Assembly (NCBI GenBank): GCA_002688355.1
Contig: NZCT01000030.1
Coordinates: 1-52,310 of the forward strand
Direction of reading: 5' to 3'
Source of the DNA: an archaeon
GTDB lineage: Archaea > Nanobdellota > Nanobdellia > SCGC-AAA011-G17 > GW2011-AR20
Length of the DNA: 52,310 bases
The translations under genes and the position numbers were made by a program. Under the pieces are notes generated by a model. That model saw only the letters and a list, made by a program, of their open reading frames with translations, did not search any database and was not told the DNA's origin. The stretch's first letter is position 1. Every line of letters begins with the position of its first letter. Shown here piece after piece: positions 19,995 to 28,988 of this stretch.

Positions 19995-20312
19995 ATGACA
20001 GAAAGAAAAGGCGGATTTAGAAGAAAAACTAGAAGTAAATTAAGAAAGAACATAAGAACTAAAGGTAAAGTTAATATTACGAGATTTTTACAAACCTTAA
20101 ATATTAAAGATAAAGTTCAATTAATAGCTGAACCAGCAGTACAAAAAGGAATGTACTTCCCAAGATATCATGGAAAACATGGAGAAGTAATGAAAAAAAT
20201 AGGTTCCTGTTATGAAATAGATGTAAATATAGGGAAAAAACTAAAAACATTAATAGTTCATCCAATTCATTTAAGAAAAATAAAAACAACTACTAAAGGA
20301 GTAAAAAAATAA
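19995..20312 (+). CDS. rpl21e: 50S ribosomal protein eL21
   Basis: GFRRKTRSKLRK, KGMYFPRYHGKHG, VHPIHLR. Confidence 0.95.
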   Translation: MTERKGGFRRKTRSKLRKNIRTKGKVNITRFLQTLNIKDKVQLIAEPAVQKGMYFPRYHGKHGEVMKKIGSCYEIDVNIGKKLKTLIVHPIHLRKIKTTTKGVKK

Positions 20313-20313
20313 A

Positions 20314-20655
20314 ATGCCTCACTTAGAATTAATATCAGAAACACCATTATCAATACCTGAATTAAAAGAACAATTACAAAAAGTTAAGAAAAGAGACGAA
20401 GAATTATCACCAAGAGCAAATAAAACTCTAGATTATTTAATTCAATTTTCAAAATTATCACCAGCAAAGTTAAAAGAATTAAAAAAGAAAATAGAAGATC
20501 TTAAAATTCCAAGATTAAAAGAAAGACACATCTGTAAAGCTATAGATGTTCATCCAAAAGATATTGATTCTTTAAAGATAATCTTCTCAGGAGAGAATAT
20601 ACAACCAAAACAAGAAGATTTAAATAAGATATTAGCCATATTAAAAGCAAATTAA
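20314..20655 (+). CDS. rpo4: RNA polymerase subunit Rpo4 (F)
   Basis: RANKTLDYL..FSKL, HRDC-like half; conserved rpl21e-rpo4-DUF655 order. Confidence 0.88.
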   Translation: MPHLELISETPLSIPELKEQLQKVKKRDEELSPRANKTLDYLIQFSKLSPAKLKELKKKIEDLKIPRLKERHICKAIDVHPKDIDSLKIIFSGENIQPKQEDLNKILAILKAN

Positions 20656-20690
20656 AATGTATCATTTGAATAAAAACATAAGGGAAGAAA

Positions 20691-21251
20691 ATGAATCCAC
20701 AAATCAAAGAAGAATATGCAATAGTTCTAGATTACTTACCAAATGGATATCCCTTAGATACGCGACCTTCTCATCTTAAAACACCTATAGCTCAAGCAAT
20801 TGGCAAAGATCATTTTGTTCTTCTAGAATTAGTTCCAAAAAAAGGAGTAACTTTAACCATACATGATGAAGTATACATGGGAGAAGGAAAAAGAGATCAA
20901 GTACATCACATCTCAGGCAAAGTCCCAATTGAAAAATTAACTAGAACAGCTCACGCAGAATTAACAATAGTAATAGAAGAATTAGTTAAAAAACATGAAA
21001 AACGTTTTGTTGAATTCTTTAATAGAGCATTCCCAATAAACGCAAGAAGACATCAACTTGAACTTTTACCAGGAATAGGAAAAAAACACATGTGGGAAGT
21101 TATAGAAAATAGAGATGAAAAACCATTTGAATCTTTTGCAGATATTAAGAAAAGATTAAAATTAATGCCAAATCCAGAAAAAGCAATTATAAAAAGAATT
21201 TTACTTGAACTAGAAGGTACTGAAAAACATATTCTATTTGTTGGACATTAA
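20691..21251 (+). CDS. DUF655 RNA-binding protein
   Basis: EEYAIVLDYLP, RRHQLELLPGIGKKHMW, RILLELEG. Confidence 0.93.
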   Translation: MNPQIKEEYAIVLDYLPNGYPLDTRPSHLKTPIAQAIGKDHFVLLELVPKKGVTLTIHDEVYMGEGKRDQVHHISGKVPIEKLTRTAHAELTIVIEELVKKHEKRFVEFFNRAFPINARRHQLELLPGIGKKHMWEVIENRDEKPFESFADIKKRLKLMPNPEKAIIKRILLELEGTEKHILFVGH

Positions 21252-21292
21252 ATCATAAAAAGGTTTTTAAAATTTCTCTTTGTTTTAAAAGT

Positions 21293-21598
21293 ATGAAGCA
21301 CTTATTCATAATTCGTCATGGTTCATATGATATAGATGATCTAACACAATTTGGTGTTAAACAAATAGAGGAAATAGCTGAAGAAATGAAGACCATAGTT
21401 GGAGATAATAGTAATGGACATTATTTATTGACTTCAACAGCTCCAAGAGCAAAGCAAACAGCAGAAATTATAGCAAAAGAATTTGATTTAAAAGATTTTG
21501 ATAGAAACGAAGAACTTTGGACTGGAGGAGGATACATTTCCAGAGAAGGGATTGAAACAATTGATAGAATAATTGAACCTCATACAAAGAATTACTAG
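21293..21598 (+). pseudogene. histidine phosphatase (RHG motif), C-terminally truncated
   Basis: IIRHG, LTQFG, TSTAPRAKQTAE; lacks the C-terminal (L/V)xxH segment and runs into an msrA fragment. Confidence 0.7.
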
Positions 21599-21864
21599 AA
21601 ATATTCTGGGAAAATCATAATCCCACTACGTTAAATAGACAAGGTTTAGATTTAGGTTCACAATACAGATCAGCTATTTTTTATCATAACAAAAAGCAAA
21701 AAGATATTGCCATTAGCTCAAAAAAAGAACGCCAAGAAAAATTAACTAAAAAAATAGTTACTCAAATAGTTGAATCAAAAAAATTCTTTCCAGCAGAAGA
21801 ATATCATCAAAAATATTACAAGAAAGGAATTAAAGATAAGCTTAAAGGAATATTTCACATCTAA
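21580..21864 (+). pseudogene. msrA: C-terminal half of peptide methionine sulfoxide reductase MsrA
   Basis: SYKELLEIFWENHNPTTLNRQGLDLGSQYRSAIFYH...FFPAEEYHQKYY; in-frame TGA at 21574, no start, no GCFWG. Confidence 0.88.
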
Positions 21865-21964
21865 TTACAATTTTCTAATAGACTTTGCGTATAAACTATG
21901 TGTCTCTTTGTGCAAAGTCACTTCAATAGAAGTATTTATATATTATGCCCTCTAAATTCTTTAT

Positions 21965-22357
21965 ATGTATCACGAACCTTTAAATCCTCCTAAGAATTTA
22001 TCTATGCATTTCGATGTTAATAAAAAAGAATTTGTCTTGATATGGTCAAAACCAGAAGATCGCCGACGGGTAAAAGAAGATCTGGTAAGAGAATACATGG
22101 TTTTTATTGTAAGTTCTGAAGATGGACACAAAGTTTTAATACCTATTTTAGATACAACTGATTTCACATGTAAGATAAGTTTAAACGAATTTCTTGAAAA
22201 ATGGAAAATTGATTTATCAAAATTACACAAAAAGGTAATATATCAGGTTGCAGTTAAGGCGGTACCAAAGGATTTCATGAAATTTGATATCAGCAAACCT
22301 GCGATAATCACATTCGGATTAACATCTAAAGAATACTATGCAATAATGGATCAATAA
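21965..22357 (+). CDS. single fibronectin type III-like domain protein without signal peptide
   Basis: PLNPPKNL...LIWSKP...Y.V...YQVAVKAV...SKP. Confidence 0.6.
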   Translation: MYHEPLNPPKNLSMHFDVNKKEFVLIWSKPEDRRRVKEDLVREYMVFIVSSEDGHKVLIPILDTTDFTCKISLNEFLEKWKIDLSKLHKKVIYQVAVKAVPKDFMKFDISKPAIITFGLTSKEYYAIMDQ

Positions 22358-22410
22358 TAATTAGTTCTCTTTTTATGCAGAATTAAATATTTGTCAAAGC
22401 CTTTCCAATA

Positions 22411-22424
22411 AAAACCTTTATAAA
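22411..22424 (+). promoter_or_regulatory. BRE/TATA promoter of rps13 operon
   Basis: AAAACCTTTATAAA. Confidence 0.7.
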
Positions 22425-22451
22425 TCCATTTTTTAGGTTTTAATATACAAA

Positions 22452-22949
22452 ATGGCAGAAGAATTTAAACGTATCGTTAGAGTCTTAAACACAGATATAG
22501 ATGGAAATAAAAACACATTCATGGCCTTGAAAAAAATCAAGGGCATTGGTTTTATGTTCTCAAACGCTATATGCAATCATCTAAACTTAAATAAGAATAG
22601 TAAAGTAGGTTCTTTATCAGATGAACAAATAAAAAGTATTCATGATCTATTAGAAAATACAAAAGAACTACCAAGTTGGTTATTGAATAGAAGATCTGAT
22701 CCAGAAACTGGAGAAGATTCTCAATTAACAACTGCAAAACTAAGATTAACTTATGAATTTGATCTAAAAAGATTAAAACAAACTAAATCTTATAGAGGTC
22801 TACGTCATGCATGGGGATTACCTTTAAGAGGACAAAGAACAAGAAGCAATTTCAGAAAAGGAAAATCACTTGGCGTAGTAAAAAAAGCAACAAAGCAAGC
22901 ACAAGCAGCATCTACAGCAAAAAAACCAGGCAAAGGAGACAAAAAATAA
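22452..22949 (+). CDS. rps13: 30S ribosomal protein uS13
   Basis: IVRVLNTDIDG, SYRGLRHAWGLPLRGQRTRSNFR. Confidence 0.97.
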   Translation: MAEEFKRIVRVLNTDIDGNKNTFMALKKIKGIGFMFSNAICNHLNLNKNSKVGSLSDEQIKSIHDLLENTKELPSWLLNRRSDPETGEDSQLTTAKLRLTYEFDLKRLKQTKSYRGLRHAWGLPLRGQRTRSNFRKGKSLGVVKKATKQAQAASTAKKPGKGDKK

Positions 22950-22950
22950 A

Positions 22951-23646
22951 ATGGGTTCTCCAAGAAAATTAAGAAAAAAATATAAAACACCTAATCATCC
23001 TTGGAACTTAACTAGAATAGAAGAAGAAAAAACAATAGTTTCTGATTATGGTTTAAAAAATAAAAAAGAAGTTTGGAAAACAGATTCTAAATTAAGAAGG
23101 TCTCTAAGACAAGCAAAAAGATTAATTGCTTTAGATACAGAACAATCTAAAATAGAAGAGAAACAAGTTATATCAAGATTAATAAAATATAATTTACTAA
23201 AGGAAAATAGTTCTGTGGATGATATTTTAAATTTAAAATTACAAGATTTCTTAGAAAGAAGATTACAAACAATTGTTTTACAAAAGAAACTAGCACAATC
23301 ACCAAAACAAGCAAGACAATTTATTACACATGGACACATCTCAATTAAAGGAAAAAAGGTTACAATACCATCTTATCTAGTAAAAGCTGATGAAGAAAAT
23401 GATATAACTTACTTAAAGAAATCTTCATTATCAAAACCAGATCATGCTGAAGTTACTAAAATACATGCAAAAGAGGAAGAAGAAAAACAAAGAATACTTA
23501 AGAAGAAAGATGAGATTAAAAGTATTGAAAAGAAAAAAGCAGATGAATTAAAATCAAAAGAAACTAAAACTGAAGATAAACCAAAAGAAACTAAAACTGA
23601 AAAGGTTAAAGATACTAAGAAAGAAACTAAGAAAGATAAAAAATGA
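22951..23646 (+). CDS. rps4: 30S ribosomal protein uS4 with Lys/Glu-rich tail
   Basis: MGSPRKLRKKYKTPNHPW, YGLKNKKEVW, LERRLQT, ARQFITHGHI. Confidence 0.97.
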   Translation: MGSPRKLRKKYKTPNHPWNLTRIEEEKTIVSDYGLKNKKEVWKTDSKLRRSLRQAKRLIALDTEQSKIEEKQVISRLIKYNLLKENSSVDDILNLKLQDFLERRLQTIVLQKKLAQSPKQARQFITHGHISIKGKKVTIPSYLVKADEENDITYLKKSSLSKPDHAEVTKIHAKEEEEKQRILKKKDEIKSIEKKKADELKSKETKTEDKPKETKTEKVKDTKKETKKDKK

Positions 23647-24053
23647 GACCACAAAGAGACAATAGAAAATTAAGATGGGGAGTTTGTCATATTTATTCAA
23701 CTTACAATGATACTATTATTCACGTAACAGACATTACAGGTTCTGAAACTTTAGCTATTACTTCTGGAGGTCAAGTTGTTAAAACACACAGATTAGAAAG
23801 TTCACCAACAGCAGCAATGATGGCAGCTAAGAAAATTGAAGAAAAAATAAGAGATCATGAAATTAATGCTTTACACATTAGAATAAGAGCTAAAGGTGGT
23901 CATGAAGGTCCAAACAATCCTGGTCCTGGAGCTCAAGCAGTTGTAAGAACTCTTTCTAGAGATGGATTTAAAATTGGTTTTATAGAAGATGTAACTAAAC
24001 TTCCTGCAGGTGGTTGTAGAAAAAGTCATGCGCGACGTGGGAGGAGGGTCTGA
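23643..24053 (+). CDS. rps11: 30S ribosomal protein uS11
   Basis: WGVCHIYSTYNDTIIHVTD, PGPGAQ, RRGRRV. Confidence 0.96.
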   Translation: MRPQRDNRKLRWGVCHIYSTYNDTIIHVTDITGSETLAITSGGQVVKTHRLESSPTAAMMAAKKIEEKIRDHEINALHIRIRAKGGHEGPNNPGPGAQAVVRTLSRDGFKIGFIEDVTKLPAGGCRKSHARRGRRV

Positions 24054-25222
24054 GAGTATAATCTAGAGTTTAATTTCATTAATTCCTTTATTTTTTTACC
24101 TAAATCACGAAAATCATTAACAAAATAAAAATCAGTATTTACAGTTTCTCGCTTTATAGTTCTAATAACCAAATCTCTTTGTTCTTCGTCACATTTGATA
24201 ACAATAAATGTTTTAACATCAGGATATTTTAATTTTAATAATTGAAATCTATGATCTAAATATGCAATCCTAAAAGTAATATTAAATCTATTTCTTTTAT
24301 TAGATATTCTTGTAGCTTCAATTAATATAAATGGATTATTTTCATCAGGAAATACAAAATCTATATTCATTTCTTTTTTAATACTTTGAACATTTGTTTG
24401 CATTTTACCAGATAAATTAGAATTCTTCTTAGTATTTTTGTCAACAAAAATTCCATCCTTTAATAGATCATTCTTTATTATTAACTCTAGGTTTGTAAAG
24501 GGACTGAATCTTTCAAAACTTTTAATAGCATTGTCCAAATTAATTCCATTAGATTTTATTTTCCTCTTTAATATTTTCATAATTCTTTCAGCTGTTTCTG
24601 GTAACATTCTTTCATAATAACCTTCATATTTCCTTAATCTTTTAGTGTCATTCCACTTCAATAATTTACTAAGTTCTCTTGCATTTAATCCTAAAATCAT
24701 TCGAAATATTGTTAGAAACATTGTGTCCCTAATTATTAATTCTTTATTAAGAATTGTAAAATCCTTAGTTTCATTCTTTAATAAATTAAAATATTTTACA
24801 AAATCCTCTTTATGCATATCTGAAAAACGCTTCATTTTATATTTTGGTTTAGGTGGTTTTATGAAATATTTTCTTCTAGCACCTTTACATCTTTGCCATA
24901 ACAACACTGTTCTTTCATAATCAACAATTTTACCTTCTAGAAACAGTTTATTTATCAAATCTAAAGCTTTTTCATACATTTTAGATTGCTTAAAGCCTTG
25001 TCTTCCTGCTTCAAAATGTCTTACCCACTGTTTATTTGTAGTTCCAAGTGATTTACTAAATTCTAACTGAGATAAACCTAGAACAAACCTTATAATGAGC
25101 AAATATTGTGGATTTTCATCTAGTAGAGATTTATCTAATAAATTGAAATTATTAGTCTTTTTCTTAACATATTCATAAAATTTTTTAAATTCTTTTTTAT
25201 CTATTTCACGTAAATCTTTCAA
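24026..25222 (-). CDS. tandem XRE-HTH plus PD-(D/E)XK nuclease-like protein
   Basis: Two ~73-aa repeats with HTH (LGLSQLEFSKSLG; LGLNARELSKLL); C-terminal IDFVF...ILIEAT; TTG start with AGGTGA SD. Confidence 0.7.
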   Translation of the reverse strand: MKDLREIDKKEFKKFYEYVKKKTNNFNLLDKSLLDENPQYLLIIRFVLGLSQLEFSKSLGTTNKQWVRHFEAGRQGFKQSKMYEKALDLINKLFLEGKIVDYERTVLLWQRCKGARRKYFIKPPKPKYKMKRFSDMHKEDFVKYFNLLKNETKDFTILNKELIIRDTMFLTIFRMILGLNARELSKLLKWNDTKRLRKYEGYYERMLPETAERIMKILKRKIKSNGINLDNAIKSFERFSPFTNLELIIKNDLLKDGIFVDKNTKKNSNLSGKMQTNVQSIKKEMNIDFVFPDENNPFILIEATRISNKRNRFNITFRIAYLDHRFQLLKLKYPDVKTFIVIKCDEEQRDLVIRTIKRETVNTDFYFVNDFRDLGKKIKELMKLNSRLYSQTLLPRRA

Positions 25223-25260
25223 ATTATCACCTTTATAGAATATATTCGTATTTCTTTATA

Positions 25261-25300
25261 AGCGCTGCGCGGGCGTCTTGCACATGCAACATTTGTAAGG
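25261..25300. other. isolated GC-rich stretch upstream of the nuclease gene
   Basis: AGCGCTGCGCGGGCGTCTTGCACATGCAAC in an otherwise AT-rich spacer; contains TTGCA-CA-TGCAA palindrome. Confidence 0.5.
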
Positions 25301-25381
25301 AATATATATGTTAAAGAACAATAATTCCAAATACAAATTATTTATAAAAACACTTATATAATTTTCTAGATAAACAAAAAT

Positions 25382-25855
25382 ATGCCAAACAGAAGAGAGT
25401 TCATAACAATTAGTACAGGGGTTGCTAGTTTATTACTCTCACCAAAAGCACTTAAAGCACTTGAACAAGAAGAGAAAGTTAAAGTTAGAGGTAATGAAAA
25501 ACTAGAATACTTTGCAGCTATTGCTGGTGAACAAAAAAAAGAAATTAGTGATAGAGATGTACATTATTTAGAATTAATGTTAACCACATATCCATCATTA
25601 TTCATTGTTACTAAAAGTGAAATTGATAATTTTAAGCCAAGATTCCCCAATCAACGTTTATATAGTAGTTTAGATGAAATAACAAAAACAATAATTGGTA
25701 GAACTTATAACAATGGACTTGGTGCATTAGAGGTTGATATGGAAGGAAATATTCTCAGTGCTCAATCAATATATGGGTACATAGAAAGTAGTGATAAATG
25801 GGAGAACAATGACATACCTACATTAAATCATTCTAGAGAAGATTTTAAAAAATAA
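25382..25855 (+). CDS. hypothetical protein with twin-arginine-like signal peptide
   Basis: MPNRREFI...ALKA. Confidence 0.6.
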   Translation: MPNRREFITISTGVASLLLSPKALKALEQEEKVKVRGNEKLEYFAAIAGEQKKEISDRDVHYLELMLTTYPSLFIVTKSEIDNFKPRFPNQRLYSSLDEITKTIIGRTYNNGLGALEVDMEGNILSAQSIYGYIESSDKWENNDIPTLNHSREDFKK

Positions 25856-25901
25856 CATTTGTCATACAAAACAATTTAAACACATTCTCATTAAATAAAT
25901 T

Positions 25902-26648
25902 ATGATAAAAATTGGTATTATAGGTGGTTCAGGTTTAGATAACCCAGAAATATTAAAAGATTCTATAGAAAAAGAAGTAACAACTAGTTATGGAGAACCA
26001 TCTTCAAAACTAATAATAGGTAAAATAAATAATATAGATGTTGTAATTCTCTCTCGTCACGGAAACAAACATCAATATCCACCATCTAAAGTTAATTACA
26101 GAGCAAACATTCAAGCATTAAAACAAGAGAATTGCACACATATTCTAGCAACAACAGCAGTAGGTTCTCTAAAAGAAGAAATCGATAGAGGTCATTTAGT
26201 TATCTTAGATCAATTTATAGATTTCACAAGACACAGAGATATAACATTTCATGATCACTTTCCTAATGAACCAAAACATACTCCAATGGCAACTCCTTTT
26301 AATGAAAATTTAAGAAATTTACTAATAAATTCTTGTACCTCTTTAAACTATAAATTTCATGAAAAAGGAACAGTTATAACAATAGAAGGTCCAAGATTCT
26401 CAACAAAAGCAGAATCAAAAATGTTCAAATCATGGGGGGCAGATGTAATAAATATGTCAATAGCACCAGAGGCAACTCTAGCAAATGAATTAAATATTCC
26501 ATATGCCGCAATTGCAATGTCCACAGATTATGATTGCTTATTTGAAGATAAAGAATCTGTAACTTGGGAGCAAATATTAGAAGTTTTTGAACAAAATGTT
26601 AATAAAGTAAAAAATTTACTAATAGATGTAATTCCTAAAATAAAATAA
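25902..26648 (+). CDS. mtnP: S-methyl-5'-thioadenosine phosphorylase
   Basis: IGIIGGSG, SRHG, VNYRANI, EGPRFSTKAE, GADVINMS, STDYDC. Confidence 0.96.
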   Translation: MIKIGIIGGSGLDNPEILKDSIEKEVTTSYGEPSSKLIIGKINNIDVVILSRHGNKHQYPPSKVNYRANIQALKQENCTHILATTAVGSLKEEIDRGHLVILDQFIDFTRHRDITFHDHFPNEPKHTPMATPFNENLRNLLINSCTSLNYKFHEKGTVITIEGPRFSTKAESKMFKSWGADVINMSIAPEATLANELNIPYAAIAMSTDYDCLFEDKESVTWEQILEVFEQNVNKVKNLLIDVIPKIK

Positions 26649-26649
26649 C

Positions 26650-27210
26650 ATGTTAATAATAAAAAAATCACAATCAGAAATTAGATATTACTACTCATCA
26701 TTACAAAAAAGAATTGTAATACTTATTGTATCTATAATATTCTTATTAGTAGGAATAGCACTTCTAAAAGATAATTCTGGGGGCATCTTTAGTAGTAGTA
26801 AAATATTTAGATATGGTTTTCCTTCATTTGGATTAATTGGGTTTTTAGTTACAATATATGGAATTTACAAAGATTTCAAACCTTTAAAACTAGATTTAGT
26901 TCAAAGAACAATTACAAAAGGTAGAACTAAAGTTCAATTTTCTGAAATAAAACAAATAACCTTAACTCAAGATATGGTTGATGTTGATTTTGGTAGAGAT
27001 GTTGATATTAAACCTGTTTTTTCATTAGAAGCAGATTTAACTAATAACCAAAAAAAAGAATTGTTAGAAGCAGATCACAACATAAAAGAAAAATACAAAG
27101 TGCTAAAAGATATTGAATCTAGAACTAATATAAAGACTAAGATAGAAGTAGATGAATTCTTTTTAAAATCAGCAAAAGACAAATTAAAAGATATCTTCAA
27201 AATAAAATAA
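26650..27210 (+). CDS. hypothetical membrane protein (2 TM + soluble domain)
   Basis: Hydropathy pattern. Confidence 0.6.
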   Translation: MLIIKKSQSEIRYYYSSLQKRIVILIVSIIFLLVGIALLKDNSGGIFSSSKIFRYGFPSFGLIGFLVTIYGIYKDFKPLKLDLVQRTITKGRTKVQFSEIKQITLTQDMVDVDFGRDVDIKPVFSLEADLTNNQKKELLEADHNIKEKYKVLKDIESRTNIKTKIEVDEFFLKSAKDKLKDIFKIK

Positions 27211-28935
27211 TTAACCAAAAAACCTATTTAACCAAGATAAAAATTTCTGCCATAAACTACTACTTACACAACTTCCATCTATACATAAGTTACTATTACA
27301 CTCAAAATTATTCTCACAAACTGCATTATCTAAAAGTTGTTCTGTAAATATTTCATTCTCAGAACAATACATTTCATTTTTTCTATACCCAAAAGGAAAA
27401 CATTTATTTTCAGAAGTGCATCCACTACAATCTAACTTAACTTCTTTTTCTACAATAAACTCTTCTTCAATTACTTTAATTTCTTCATATTCCTCTGACG
27501 CTGATAAATCTATTGGTTCTCCTCCTGGATCTGGAATCACTAGATAATAAATATCAAGATCAACTAGTTCTGAATTATATACATCTTTTTCACCAAGTTG
27601 TTTAACCACAACATTAATTTGACCATTTTTAGAAAATTCATCTTTTCTTATATTTACTAAATGAACAGTTCCATCTATTTCATCAATCTTGAATTCTGTT
27701 TTTTTCTTTGTTCTTGTAATAGCAGGGTCATTATCGCCATGTCTATCATAACCTGATCCAATATTTCTAAGTGCAACACTAATAATCAAACTTTCCAAAT
27801 CAGGAGATTTTATTTTAGCATAAATACCATATTCATATTCATTTGTTTCTCTCAAAAAAACTTTTTCAATATCAATAACTTCAGATTGACGTATAATAAA
27901 TGTCTTAGTAAATTCATTATTACTTTTACTGTTTTCATCCAAATTTGGAGCAGATATAGAAAATTTTATTTCATGTTCTCCTGGTTCAGCATCGTACCAC
28001 CAAGCATAAAAATTTGGTTCCAATCCATTTTGAGATGCTGGAACCATATAATATTTCTCTTTTTCATAATATATTTCTTCTCCATCAACCAACCATTGAA
28101 TAATTATCTGTTCATCTATATCAGTGCTTTTTTGTCCAATATTAGAAGTTTCAGCAACAAGATATATATTTTCTCCAGCCACCAAATCTCTAGATGTAGT
28201 AATATCATTTACACTTATATCAGCTAAACTACCAGTAATCTCTTCTTGATCTTCATCTTCTTTAATACATGCCCCATTAGAACAAACCTCTCCTTCTTGA
28301 CAATCTAATTCTTCAAATTGACAATTTCCATTAGAATCACAAAAAAGCTCAGATAAATCTTTACCAGAGGATATTCTAGTCCCACAATGATCTTTACTTT
28401 CTTCTCCACTTCTGCCATCAATACAAGTTCCAAATACTTCAGGTTTAATACCATCATCTGTATCACTACATTGTGTTGCAAAATATTGGAATAAACATTT
28501 ATTAAAAGCACATATATGGGTTAAGGGGCAATCAGAAGTCTGCTCACAAGTAAAATCAGAGTCTATATCCCAGTTTTCAGGGTAAGTTACATCAGTAACT
28601 TCAATAGTATCAGATTCAGTACCATCTGCTAAAGATACTTTAATTTCTTTAGTTATTGTTAAAGGAATAGTAAATTGTGTATAAGCAGAAGCAAGTGGTG
28701 CTTTGTCTAAAATTTCAATTTGAATCCATGGGACTTCGTTAGTACCTTTCATATATATTTTAACATCATCTACATCGTAAATATCATTTACACCAACACG
28801 CATTGTATATTCATTATAAGTATCATCATCTAAGAATGTAATCGTTAAAGGATCATCAACTCCCTGGGCTTCAGTTTTAACTATTAAAATTATTAATAAA
28901 AAAAGCATTAAAGAACCTAAAAAACCTCTTTTCAT
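27211..28935 (-). CDS. secreted acidic Cys-rich surface protein with CARDB-like domain (start 28935 preferred)
   Basis: Signal MKRGFLGSLMLFLLII; CSDTDDG...GTC; LADISV...ETSNIG...PGEHEI...DENSKSNNE; terminal Cys knot and LWQKFLSWLNRFFG. Confidence 0.8.
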   Translation of the reverse strand: MKRGFLGSLMLFLLIILIVKTEAQGVDDPLTITFLDDDTYNEYTMRVGVNDIYDVDDVKIYMKGTNEVPWIQIEILDKAPLASAYTQFTIPLTITKEIKVSLADGTESDTIEVTDVTYPENWDIDSDFTCEQTSDCPLTHICAFNKCLFQYFATQCSDTDDGIKPEVFGTCIDGRSGEESKDHCGTRISSGKDLSELFCDSNGNCQFEELDCQEGEVCSNGACIKEDEDQEEITGSLADISVNDITTSRDLVAGENIYLVAETSNIGQKSTDIDEQIIIQWLVDGEEIYYEKEKYYMVPASQNGLEPNFYAWWYDAEPGEHEIKFSISAPNLDENSKSNNEFTKTFIIRQSEVIDIEKVFLRETNEYEYGIYAKIKSPDLESLIISVALRNIGSGYDRHGDNDPAITRTKKKTEFKIDEIDGTVHLVNIRKDEFSKNGQINVVVKQLGEKDVYNSELVDLDIYYLVIPDPGGEPIDLSASEEYEEIKVIEEEFIVEKEVKLDCSGCTSENKCFPFGYRKNEMYCSENEIFTEQLLDNAVCENNFECNSNLCIDGSCVSSSLWQKFLSWLNRFFG

Positions 28936-28988
28936 AAGAAAACATATAAAATTATAAGTATATAAACATTTCTTTTCATTAAAATAAA

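Noticed and set aside
25255-25310. GC-rich patch as a tRNA or tRNA fragment
   Set aside because: No T-loop or acceptor pairing found on either strand.
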